NCBI GenBank assembly: GCA_943788005.1
Contig: CALSOP010000002.1
Coordinates: 338,573-402,572, forward strand
DNA from: an uncultured Gammaproteobacteria bacterium
Lineage (GTDB): Bacteria; Pseudomonadota; Gammaproteobacteria; Eutrophobiales; Eutrophobiaceae
Direction of reading: 5' to 3'
Length of the DNA stretch: 64,000 nucleotides
Made by a program: the position numbers and the translations under genes. The notes under the pieces were generated by a model. That model saw only the letters and a list, made by a program, of their open reading frames with translations. It did no database searches and was not told the origin of the DNA. The number at the start of each line of letters is the position of its first letter. Positions within the stretch are counted from its first letter, which is position 1. Positions 22,452 to 31,821 of this stretch are shown here, in pieces.

Positions 22452-23903
22452 ATGCAACTTGCCGTAATCCAACGAATTTTAGGCATATTGTTAGCTTTAT
22501 TCAGCCTAACAATGTTTCCACCATTACTTATTTCTGTTATCACAAATGATGGTACTACAGTTCCGTTTGTCTCAGCTTTTGCATTAATTCTATCAATCGG
22601 ACTAGTTTTATGGTTCCCCGTTCGGCATGTAAAAAATGAATTGCGACTAAGAGACGGCTTTGTTGTTGTTGTTCTCTTTTGGGTTGGTCTTGGCTTAACA
22701 GGCAGTGTTCCTCTCATGTTATCCAATACACCAGAATTGTCGATTACAGACGCCGTATTTGAATCAATATCGGGCCTCACTACAACCGGCGCAACGATTA
22801 TCGTCGGCATTGATTTTTTGCCTAAATCAATTCTCTTCTACCGACAGGAACTTCAATGGCTAGGGGGCATGGGTATCATTGTCTTAGCAGTTGCGATTCT
22901 ACCAATGTTAGGAATTGGAGGTATGCAGCTTTATCGTGCAGAAACACCCGGCCCTGTTAAGGATAATAAATTAACACCTAGAATTACCGAAACCGCTAAA
23001 GCACTCTGGTATATTTATCTAAGCATGACAATTCTTTGCGCTCTTGCATATTGGTTAGCAGGGATGAGTGCATTTGATGCAATCACACATAGTTTTTCAA
23101 CTGTTTCTATTGGTGGGTTCTCAACTCATGACGCCAGTATGGGATATTTTGAAAGTGGCTTAATAGAAACCGTCGCCATCTTTTTTATGTTTATCGCAGG
23201 AATTAACTTCAGCTTACATTTTATATTTTGGCGACAAGCAAGCTTAAAAGCCTATTGGTATGATGCGGAACTACGTGCGTACTTAAGCATCTTGTTGATG
23301 ATCTGTTTCATCTGCGCAAGTTATCACGTTCTTGTTGGTGACTATGAAAACTTTTGGTTAGCACTGGAAGACAGTATCTTTCAAACTGTTTCTATTGCAA
23401 CTACCACAGGCTTTACCACAGCAGAATACCAAGGCTGGCCTGGTTTCATGCCACTGTTGTTATTATTCTCCAGTTTCTTTGGTGCTTGCGCTGGTTCTAC
23501 CGGCGGTGGAATTAAAATAATACGTATTCTTTTGCTCTTCAAACAAGGCATGCGAGAAATAAAACGGCTCATCCACCCAAGTGCTATTTTTATAATCAAG
23601 GTAGGAAATAAACCCATCTCTGAGCGTATTATTGAAGCCGTATGGGGATTCTTTGCTACTTATATCGCTGTATTTGCGATACTACTATTAGCTCTAATGG
23701 CTACTGATCTTGATCAGGTTACTGCATTTTCAGCGTTAGCGGCCTGCATGAATAACCTTGGTCCTGGATTAGGTAAAGTCAGCCAACACTATGGCAATAT
23801 CAATGATGCCGCTAAGTGGATACTCTGCTTTGCAATGCTCTTAGGTCGCCTTGAAATCTTTACTTTATTAGTGCTATTTACTCCAACATTCTGGCGACGT
23901 TGA
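22452..23903 (+). CDS. trkH: Trk potassium uptake membrane protein
   Basis: SGLTTTGAT, QWLGGMGIIV, TTTGF, GSTGGGIK, MLLGRLEIFTL. Confidence 0.96.
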   Translation: MQLAVIQRILGILLALFSLTMFPPLLISVITNDGTTVPFVSAFALILSIGLVLWFPVRHVKNELRLRDGFVVVVLFWVGLGLTGSVPLMLSNTPELSITDAVFESISGLTTTGATIIVGIDFLPKSILFYRQELQWLGGMGIIVLAVAILPMLGIGGMQLYRAETPGPVKDNKLTPRITETAKALWYIYLSMTILCALAYWLAGMSAFDAITHSFSTVSIGGFSTHDASMGYFESGLIETVAIFFMFIAGINFSLHFIFWRQASLKAYWYDAELRAYLSILLMICFICASYHVLVGDYENFWLALEDSIFQTVSIATTTGFTTAEYQGWPGFMPLLLLFSSFFGACAGSTGGGIKIIRILLLFKQGMREIKRLIHPSAIFIIKVGNKPISERIIEAVWGFFATYIAVFAILLLALMATDLDQVTAFSALAACMNNLGPGLGKVSQHYGNINDAAKWILCFAMLLGRLEIFTLLVLFTPTFWRR

Positions 23904-24478
23904 ACAATAAAATAAAAGAAAAGTGGGATAAAAATTATGATTCCTGCGCAAGCGACTACCCTTCTCCAGCAGAAGTGTTGCATCAAAATCAACATCTTTT
24001 ACCAACACAAGGCAGCGCACTAGATCTGGCATGCGGGCGTGGGGCAAATGCAATATGCCTTTCTGAAAATGGGTTATCTGTATCGGCATGGGATATTTCA
24101 GCATCTGCCTTGGAGCATCTTTCTAATGAAGCATTAAAGAAAGGTTTGGAAATTAAACTTGAGTCCAGAAATATTTCAGAAAATCCACCCAAAAAATACT
24201 CTTTTGATGTCATCATTGTAAGCAATTTTCTCGAACGCGAATTAATAGACGATATAAGAAATGCAATAAAACCAAATGGTCTTATCTTTTATCAAACATT
24301 TATTGTAGATAAAACCAGCACTGTAGGTCCGACTAACCCTGATTATTTATTAGCAAAAAATGAATTATTGAATTTTTTCAATGACTGGAATGTTCTCTAC
24401 TACAGAGAAGAAGGAACCGTAGGAAAAATTGAGAAAGGATTTAGAAACCAAGCAATGATAATTGCTCAAAATTTATAA
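23900..24478 (+). CDS. Class I SAM-dependent methyltransferase (TehB-like)
   Basis: ALDLACGRGANA motif I; FYQTF, NPDYLL..NELL. Confidence 0.85.
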   Translation: MNNKIKEKWDKNYDSCASDYPSPAEVLHQNQHLLPTQGSALDLACGRGANAICLSENGLSVSAWDISASALEHLSNEALKKGLEIKLESRNISENPPKKYSFDVIIVSNFLERELIDDIRNAIKPNGLIFYQTFIVDKTSTVGPTNPDYLLAKNELLNFFNDWNVLYYREEGTVGKIEKGFRNQAMIIAQNL

Positions 24479-24488
24479 ACTTATTTAA

Positions 24489-24803
24489 ATGACACAACTT
24501 GATACATTTAAAGCCTTACTCGAAAAAGGCAATGACAACGAATTACTCAGATACAGTCTCGGCAATGAATACTTTAAGCTGGATGATTTTGAGCAATCCA
24601 TAATCCACTTGAAAAAAGCCATCGAACATAAACCATCCTTTTCAGCCGCATGGAAGTTATATGCAAAAGCTCTGACTGAAAACAAGCAAAACGATGAAGC
24701 AATAGCTGCTTATGAAAAAGGAATTAATATTGCTGAAGAAAATGGCGACATACAAGCCGTCAAAGAAATGCGTGTTTTCCTAAAACGTCTTGAGAAAGAT
24801 TAA
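24489..24803 (+). CDS. Small tetratricopeptide-repeat protein
   Basis: LRYSLGNEY, FSAAWKLYAKAL, AYEKGI TPR-like helices. Confidence 0.8.
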   Translation: MTQLDTFKALLEKGNDNELLRYSLGNEYFKLDDFEQSIIHLKKAIEHKPSFSAAWKLYAKALTENKQNDEAIAAYEKGINIAEENGDIQAVKEMRVFLKRLEKD

Positions 24804-25759
24804 CCATGTAATTCAAGTGTGCCTACAAGTTCAGATACATTATTTAGATTATGCTTGTTCAAATAATCTATGATACCTTTGTTCAATTTAGGACAAATAA
24901 GCGGCTCATAAAATAACGCCGTTCCAATGCCCACCGTTGTAGCACCCGCAATCAAGAATTCAATCGCGTCTTCCACAGTAGTTATGCCGCCTTGGCCAAT
25001 TATGGGAATGTTATGCTGTTTGGCGACTTGATGAACCTGATGTACCTTCAATAGTGCAATCGGTTTAATCGCCGGCCCCGATAAACCACCCTGATTATTA
25101 CCGATGACCGGTTCGCGAGAATTAATATCAATCGCCATCCCCATTAGCGTATTGATAACAGCGAATCCGTCTGTTCCAGCTTCAATACAGCGTCTCGCAT
25201 TCTCCGCAATATCAGTCTGGTTCGGTGACAGTTTTGTTATTAGTGGCTTTTTAGTAGCTCTTCGGCAAGCTTCAACAACCCGCGCAGACATATCAGGATC
25301 ATTTCCAAAGGCCACGCCACCCTCTTTAACATTCGGACATGAAATATTGATCTCCATCGCATCAATCGGGGAATCATCAAATATACGGGTCACTTCTTCA
25401 TATTCTTCAACGGTTGAACCGGATAAATTTGCGATAAAGCGTGTTTCAGTAAAATCCAGATTGGGTAGATATTCATCGACTACGATTTTTGAACCCGGGT
25501 TTTGTAAACCAATCGCATTGATCATGCCCATATAGGTTTCCGTAACACGGTGCGGCGGGTTACCTAAGCGCGGTTCTAATGTCGTCCCTTTCAAACATAT
25601 CGCGCCAACATCAGTATTTGAAAAACCATTGATTCGAGTATATTCCTCACCAAAGCCAACGCAACCCGATAATAAAACCAGTGGCGAATTAAGTTTTAAT
25701 CCACAAAAGTTAATCTCCAGTCGTTTCTTATCTTGCTCATTTAAGGTCGTTATTGTCAT
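24800..25759 (-). CDS. pyrD: Dihydroorotate dehydrogenase, class 1 (soluble) type
   Basis: NAIGLQNPG, EINISCPNV (catalytic Cys), KLSPN, GGLSGPAIKP, IIGQGGI. Confidence 0.9.
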   Translation of the reverse strand: MTITTLNEQDKKRLEINFCGLKLNSPLVLLSGCVGFGEEYTRINGFSNTDVGAICLKGTTLEPRLGNPPHRVTETYMGMINAIGLQNPGSKIVVDEYLPNLDFTETRFIANLSGSTVEEYEEVTRIFDDSPIDAMEINISCPNVKEGGVAFGNDPDMSARVVEACRRATKKPLITKLSPNQTDIAENARRCIEAGTDGFAVINTLMGMAIDINSREPVIGNNQGGLSGPAIKPIALLKVHQVHQVAKQHNIPIIGQGGITTVEDAIEFLIAGATTVGIGTALFYEPLICPKLNKGIIDYLNKHNLNNVSELVGTLELHG

Positions 25760-25795
25760 ACTGGATCTTGTCTTTCAGATATATAAAATCAATTT

Positions 25796-26254
25796 ATGTT
25801 TAATATTGTTCTTTTTGAGCCGGAAATCCCACCTAATACTGGCAACATTATTCGGCTTTGTGCAAACACTGGTGCGCACTTACATTTAATCCACCCACTA
25901 GGTTTTGACATGGATGAAAAGAGTCTGCGTCGTGCCGGACTGGATTATATCGATTTATCGATCGTACATCACTATGATAATTATCGAGACTATATCGAAA
26001 ATAATGGCATTAAATCACTTTATGCTATCTCTACTAAAGGAACGCAGCATTATTCTGATTGTAGCTTTGTAAAAGATGATAGTTTTATCTTTGGCCCAGA
26101 AACACGGGGCCTACCTAATGAAATATTAGATAATTTTGAATCAGATAAAATTCTACGAATCCCGATGCTTGAAGACAGTCGTAGTTTAAATCTGTCAAAT
26201 TCAGCGAGCATAATTGTTTATGAAGCTTGGCGACAAAATAATTTTGAACAATAA
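25796..26254 (+). CDS. trmL: tRNA (cytidine/uridine-34 2'-O)-methyltransferase
   Basis: IVLFEPEIPPNTGNIIRLC, RRAGLDY, FGPETRGL, RSLNLSN. Confidence 0.96.
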   Translation: MFNIVLFEPEIPPNTGNIIRLCANTGAHLHLIHPLGFDMDEKSLRRAGLDYIDLSIVHHYDNYRDYIENNGIKSLYAISTKGTQHYSDCSFVKDDSFIFGPETRGLPNEILDNFESDKILRIPMLEDSRSLNLSNSASIIVYEAWRQNNFEQ

Positions 26255-26255
26255 A

Positions 26256-26678
26256 TCAGGGCGCATCTGTTATTGATACATTAACTTGTCTAGAAACATA
26301 AGCCGGCTCACCTGGATTACCTCTAGTCGCTCTGGAGGTCAGCGCATATACATTGTATGTACCAATACCCGACTCAGTAAATGAACTCGGGCTACAAGTC
26401 AAAGTAACTGTAAACCCATTGGTATTTCCGCCAGTCAGATTTATTGGCGGTGTAGCGGGACAAGCACCCGGTGCTGCAACTACAGCTTGTTGCACAGCCC
26501 ATTCTATTCCACTACGTGCGGCAAACCAGGCTTGCATGGTTCCTGCTGATACAGTGGTATTGATAGAGCTGACACTGGTCATGGTTGCCATATAACCACC
26601 GATCAATGCGAGCAAGACAATTAAAATCACAGCTACAATAGCACTAAAACCACGTTGCCATTTTTTCATTATCTTCAT
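26256..26678 (-). CDS. MshP/PilX-like minor pilin
   Basis: Class III prepilin signal QRG|FSAIV (no Glu+5), QAWFAARSGIEWA, C-terminal YVSRQV. Confidence 0.8.
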   Translation of the reverse strand: MKIMKKWQRGFSAIVAVILIVLLALIGGYMATMTSVSSINTTVSAGTMQAWFAARSGIEWAVQQAVVAAPGACPATPPINLTGGNTNGFTVTLTCSPSSFTESGIGTYNVYALTSRATRGNPGEPAYVSRQVNVSITDAP

Positions 26679-27515
26679 GGCTGATTATCCACATGGACTT
26701 GCTGAAGCAAGGTAACACTGGCTCCTGCCAATGTAGAATCAGATATTGTAATACTTAACGTCACTAATCCGGCTCGTGTTGCTGAACCGGCGTTATAAGA
26801 AAAAGTACACGCACTAACCTGGTTTACTAATAAATCACCGGCACCGACTACTGCTCCGCCAAGAGGATAATCATCGAAACGATTTATCTCACCACTACTG
26901 CAAATAAAACTGACTGGTGTGTCTACAATAAAAAATCGTTGTCTGGGTGATTTAAAAGGGAACGGTGGTGCATTAGCAAACGTAATTGAATTTGCAGTAG
27001 CACCTGTGATGTCGGCAACATTGTCACCAGCATAGGCATTTGCATTAAGTTGTCCCGTATTATAAATCACCAAACAGTCTGACGTACTTGCAAGACATGT
27101 CCCTGAGGTATCAATTGACGCAAAGTTATTTAATGAACCCATAACTTCAAAGCAATCTGCAGACAATGCAAAATTTAATCTGTCTTGTGCAGCAGGCCCT
27201 CCACAAACTGGCGCAGCCCCCGCCTGGTTTTGACCGATATCGCCCACCATCCAATGTTCGTAAAAACTCAACAGTTGTTCCTCCGGTGACACGAATACTG
27301 TTTGGTAAGGCAAGACGAATCTCTCGTGTCATGCGCTGTAAGGCTGTATCTGCTATATCAATCAAGCGTGTTCGTTTTTCAACATCGACATATGCCTGTA
27401 TAGGTCCACGTAGAATTGTGAATATAACGCCGGATAAAATACCAATTAACAAGATCACGATAATCAACTCGATCAAAGTGAAACCATTCTTCTTTGTATT
27501 TACTGCAGTAGGCAT
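26675..27515 (-). pseudogene. MshO-like minor pilin, frameshifted at a G5 run (27217-27221)
   Basis: KNG|FTLIE prepilin motif, ALQRMTREIRLALPNSIR, GGRYR; continues in another frame to RAGLVTL...LLQQVHVDNQP; removing one G restores a single ORF. Confidence 0.82.
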
Positions 27516-27646
27516 CAGAAATTCGTCTTATATGAACTTAAACTCATCGTCGCACCTGTACTATGAGTCACATCCACATCTATACGGACAACTTGTCCTG
27601 CATTTCCATTTAATCCGTTTAAGCTAGCAGCATCAATAACGGTAAC
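27515..27646 (-). pseudogene. 3' remnant of an MshD-like minor pilin gene, truncated by the IS
   Basis: Manual translation VTVIDAASLNGLNGNAGQVVRIDVDVTHSTGATMSLSSYKTNF*; TGA overlaps the mshO-like ATG; frame is cut at the IS end. Confidence 0.65.
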
Positions 27647-27706
27647 TGTACGTCGTCAAAACCTTTTGGACAGGTAGCGGTTTGATTTAAGAGACACATT
27701 AGTTCA

Positions 27707-28706
27707 TCAATAGGTTATGTGCTTCACTTGTTGTTTATCGTAATGCATTTGTCGTCTCATCGCTAACGTGTTTTGTTTGATTAGCTCTCGTTGACTTAGT
27801 ATTTCTTCGCCACGCCCATAAAAGACATCAGCCGGTGTCAGGTTATCAAGTGATTCATGATAACGCTCATGGTTGTAATAACTCACAAAACGCTGCAACT
27901 GTTCCTCCAGTTCCCCGGGGAAATAATAGTGGTGAAGTAATATCTGATTCTTCATTGAACGATGCCAGCGCTCTATCTTGCCTTGTGTTTGTGGATGATA
28001 AGGTCGACCTCGAGTGTGCGTCATACCGTTTTCTTCAAGGTAATCGGCTAATTCACCGGAGATATAACACGGGCCATTGTCACTGAGTAAACGCGGTTTA
28101 TGATTTACCTTTACTGTATCAAGTCCCGTAAAGCGTAAGGCGTCATCCAGCGTATCAGAGACATCACGGCTACTCATGCCCGTACATAAACGCCAGGCAA
28201 TAATGTAACGTGAGTAATCATCTAATACCGTGGATAAGTAATACCAACCCCAACCGATAATCTTGAAATAGGTAAAATCCGTTTGCCACATCTCATTCAC
28301 CGCGCGTAGTGGGCTGTTGAAACTTATCACTGGCCTCCATCAGGATATAGGCCGGACTGGTAATTAAGTCTTGTTCTTTCAGCAGCCTGTGCACCGTGGA
28401 TTCTGAGACGAAGTAAGCCTTGTTGTCAGTGTAATTTACGGCTAACTCTCGTGGAGACAAATCAGGCTTCTCTAAGGCTAACTCAATAACGGCTTCACAG
28501 TGGTCTTCGGTGATTTTATTCCATACCGCATGGGGAATCGGCTTCTTGTCTTCCAAGCCATCAACGCCATTCTCTTCATAACGTTTGAGCCAGTTGTAAA
28601 AAGTGGACTTATGAATGTCCAGCCGAGTCAGCGTTTGTCGAACCGACAGATCTGAGTTCTGTACCAGTTGAATAATCTCGACTTTATCCGATGCTAAGTA
28701 CCTCAT
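27707..28706 (-). pseudogene. IS3-family OrfB (DDE integrase core) with an extra frameshift near 28301
   Basis: WQTDFTY, LLSDNGPCY, GKIERWHRSMK DDE motifs; split between ORFs 28293-28706 and 27707-28330. Confidence 0.85.
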
Positions 28707-29065
28707 ATATCGTCCTCCCCATCCCCGAGCACGCTTTTTTTAAGCAGCCGATTCTCCATGACTACTTCGCCTAAGGTTTCTTTCAGCGCAGATGTTTCAG
28801 CACGCAGTTCTTTGACTTCATCTGAGGTCGCTTCACGTACGATATCGCCTGATAAACGTTTCTTACCTGCCTCCAGAAAGTCTTTCGACCAACGGTAGTA
28901 AACATTTGGGTTTAGTCCTTCCTTGCGACATAGCTCAGCGATGCTTTCTTCGCCACGTAAGCCTTCAAGTACGATACGAATTTTTTCTTCTGCTGAATAT
29001 TTTTTACGGGTGCGTCGACGAATATCGCGCACAGTATGTTCTACACTTCTTTTACTTGTCATCAT
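28703..29065 (-). CDS. IS3-family OrfA (HTH transposase subunit)
   Basis: KYSAEEKIRIVLEGLRGEESIAELCRKEG, ENRLLKKS at the slippery site. Confidence 0.9.
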   Translation of the reverse strand: MMTSKRSVEHTVRDIRRRTRKKYSAEEKIRIVLEGLRGEESIAELCRKEGLNPNVYYRWSKDFLEAGKKRLSGDIVREATSDEVKELRAETSALKETLGEVVMENRLLKKSVLGDGEDDI

Positions 29066-29116
29066 CGTTTCCTCTTGGGTTAACGATGAACTAAAACTAT
29101 CTCTTAGACAATCAGG

Positions 29117-30793
29117 CTAGTTGGTCCACATGGTGCTGACGGGGTACAGGGAAATCTGAAAACTCGTTGTCGTCACGTTTTGTATACGGATACTGGCAGG
29201 ATCTGCCCCACCCTCATTCGAGGGCAGGATAAAAACCAATGGCGCTGTTGTATAAGTCTGCTTAAATGTAATTGACGTAAAGGCTGATGTTACGCTCGTA
29301 TCATTCAAGGTGATCTCGGCAACCTCCATTTCAGGAATATTTGCAAAGCAGTCATGCGTTTCATTCATGATGGTAGTGATAGCAGAAGAATCTAGGGTGC
29401 TGTTATAGACTCGTACTTCATCAATACTGCCATTCGCTGAATTGGCTGTGGTATCACCGGGGATAATATAATTACCATCATTATCTCCAATGAATAAATT
29501 CGTCAGTTCACCAAGAGTGCCATTGGTATTCCCGGCACCCGTAATCACTTGTGTTCCATTGATATAAATTGCCTGGCTATCATTTGGCAAGTCCCAAGTA
29601 ACTGCTATATGCACCCAGGTATTAGCTGCAAAAGCTTGAACAGGCGAGTTGATACGGAAGTCGCCGTCAGCCGAATCTTCATAGCCAAAACGTAGTTGCC
29701 CACTATTCAATAGGGTCAAAAAGAAATATTTCGGTCCACCTGGTGCAGCAGGATCGGGAGCGTCCAGTAGTTGACGATCACCGCCACCATTCCAAACCGT
29801 ATTGCTGTTATACCAAAGTGTGATCGTACCTGTATTGCCTATATCATCATTAACATCCAAGCCGCTATCGACAGCAACAACGGGAGTTGCCGATGTGTTG
29901 AGTGGAAATGTACCGTAACCACATGTCCCCGGATCGCCCGCTTTCGCAGGTGTAGTGCTGGCAGTCTGCGCACCATTAAGAGCAGTACCATCATTACCAT
30001 TACCCGTATTGTCGACCACTTCACCCGCAGTACCATTCCAACTGGCTTCATCCATACGCCATTCAGCGACTTTATTAGTCGCGGGATTCAAAGCAATCAG
30101 CCGTCCAACCCGGCGGTTATTATTAGCAGATAAAGTTGTCGTTACATTACCGGTCGCACCCGCCGCTGCTTGCAACATATCGGCTGCCATGACTTCTATA
30201 TCATTGGATCCACTCGGCTGTTCATAGCGCTGTGTGTAACCAGTTGGTCCAGTATAGGTTAGGTTGTTATTGATACCATAAAAGGCAATCAACATGGCCC
30301 CATCAACCGTAGTTGTGACGCCTAAGGCATCGATAGTAGATCCATTTGTCTGTTGTCCATTTTCAGAACTCATGTGTATCGGGTTTGCAGTGTCGACACC
30401 TGAGTAAGTGGAGATCCCTCCAACATTATTGCGGTTATCAGCGAAACTCCATGTCGCATTACCTGCTACCAGATCAGCCGCAGTCACCACTTTGTAATAG
30501 GCTCTGTGTTTGTGAGTATTGCCTCCCACACCACCTAAAGGTAAATGTAAATCAGTATCTATCTGTACCCATCCCGTTGGCGCGGCGTAGGTTTCCGGTG
30601 GACCACCTCTTCGAGTGACTTGTGCCACCATCACATCATTGACTGCCGTGCCCGCCGGTAAATTTATAGTGAGACTATTTGTATTGGAACTAGTGTTAGA
30701 GCTACTGGCAACAAAACTGATAGCTGCCTGTGCAGAACCCGTTGCAGCTATAAACAAAAGAAGAACAATACGTTTAATGACAGATATCAACAC
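29117..30793 (-). pseudogene. Secreted LamG-domain, MshQ-like adhesin, 3'-truncated by the IS at 29148
   Basis: Signal peptide; VAEWRMDEASWNGTAGEVVD, WVHIAVTWD, GSIDEVRVYN (LamG); start of a lectin-like repeat; final residues YPVSTMWTN* are read from the IS end. Confidence 0.75.
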
Positions 30794-30839
30794 ATTAATT
30801 GCCTTATGACCTTTTCGTTACGTTTAAACATTAATAAAC

Positions 30840-31229
30840 TCAAAAATACTCACGCTGGTAAATCACCGGTGTATCGCCGCGTTGATAACTTTCATTCTCT
30901 TTTTGCAGTTCCTGTTTATTCTGTTGTTCAGTATTCATACCTGTTCTGGATTCATTCATCAAGTTTAGCTGTTCTTGTTGTTGTTTTTCATCTTCATTAA
31001 TAAACCAAACCTCACCCGCCCACCATGCTGCCGTTGCAAAACCGCCTGTTAATACTAAAACGATCCACCACGGTATTTTGTTCAGGTTTTTTTCTTTATT
31101 TATTTTTATATTTTTTAAAAGTTGGCTTTCTATTGATGATAGTCGAGATTGTTCAGGGCTGGGCATACCTTCATACACCTGCGTAATCAGCTTCTCTATT
31201 TCAGCATCTGTTGGCAATCTATGCGACAT
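30840..31229 (-). CDS. Single-TM protein, putative anti-sigma factor
   Basis: Overlaps the sigma gene end; cytoplasmic N-terminus, TM IPWWIVLVLTGGFATAAWWA, polar C-terminus. Confidence 0.6.
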   Translation of the reverse strand: MSHRLPTDAEIEKLITQVYEGMPSPEQSRLSSIESQLLKNIKINKEKNLNKIPWWIVLVLTGGFATAAWWAGEVWFINEDEKQQQEQLNLMNESRTGMNTEQQNKQELQKENESYQRGDTPVIYQREYF

Positions 31230-31752
31230 TCGTGTCTTCCTGCCATTGCTGCTTCAATTTATTAATTATAGAAGCACATTGCCTACGTACGCTGCCTTCC
31301 GGTATTTCTATCATCTTGGCAATCTCTTTATGCGTTAACCCAACCCTATAACGCATGAACAGCAGGTTTTGTTCATCTTGGGGAATTTTTTTTATAAGGC
31401 TCTCAATATAGTCTTGTTGATTTTGATAATCCTGTTTGTTATCTGCTTGCTGTTCTATATCAATAGCAACCGGATCTATCGGCGAGGCTTTATCACGACG
31501 GTAGCTATCGATGTGTGAATTGATTGCGATTCGATAAAGTAATGCGACGGGCGCACGCATATCTTTGCAAACCACTTGAATGAATTTAAGAAATGTTTCA
31601 GATAAAAGATCATAGGCGCCGTCTTCATTGCAACCTCTGTTTTTTAAAAACTGCCACAGTCGTGGCGCTTCGGAACGATAGAATTTAGTGAACGCGCTGT
31701 TATCAGCGTCCTTACAATAACTCTCAAGTAATTGTTTGGCTGAATTCTGCAT
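31219..31752 (-). CDS. ECF RNA polymerase sigma factor
   Basis: Region 2 (AYDLLSETFLK, LLYRIAINSHIDSYRR) and region 4 (GLTHKEIAKMIEIPEGSVR); 177 aa. Confidence 0.88.
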   Translation of the reverse strand: MQNSAKQLLESYCKDADNSAFTKFYRSEAPRLWQFLKNRGCNEDGAYDLLSETFLKFIQVVCKDMRAPVALLYRIAINSHIDSYRRDKASPIDPVAIDIEQQADNKQDYQNQQDYIESLIKKIPQDEQNLLFMRYRVGLTHKEIAKMIEIPEGSVRRQCASIINKLKQQWQEDTNVA

Positions 31753-31821
31753 AATTTATAATGCAAAAGAGTACCGCAGTTAGATTGATAAAAGAACTAG
31801 TAGAGAAGTTACTTCTGTAAA

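Larger units (their letters stand above)
27647..29148 (-). mobile_element. IS3-family insertion sequence, 1502 bp
   Basis: Imperfect terminal IRs TGTACGTCGTCAAAACCTTTTGGAC / TGTACCCCGTCAGCACCATGTGGAC (19/25); OrfA plus OrfB in the -1 frame with an A7G slippery site (28734-28741); no direct repeat on the flanks. Confidence 0.92.
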
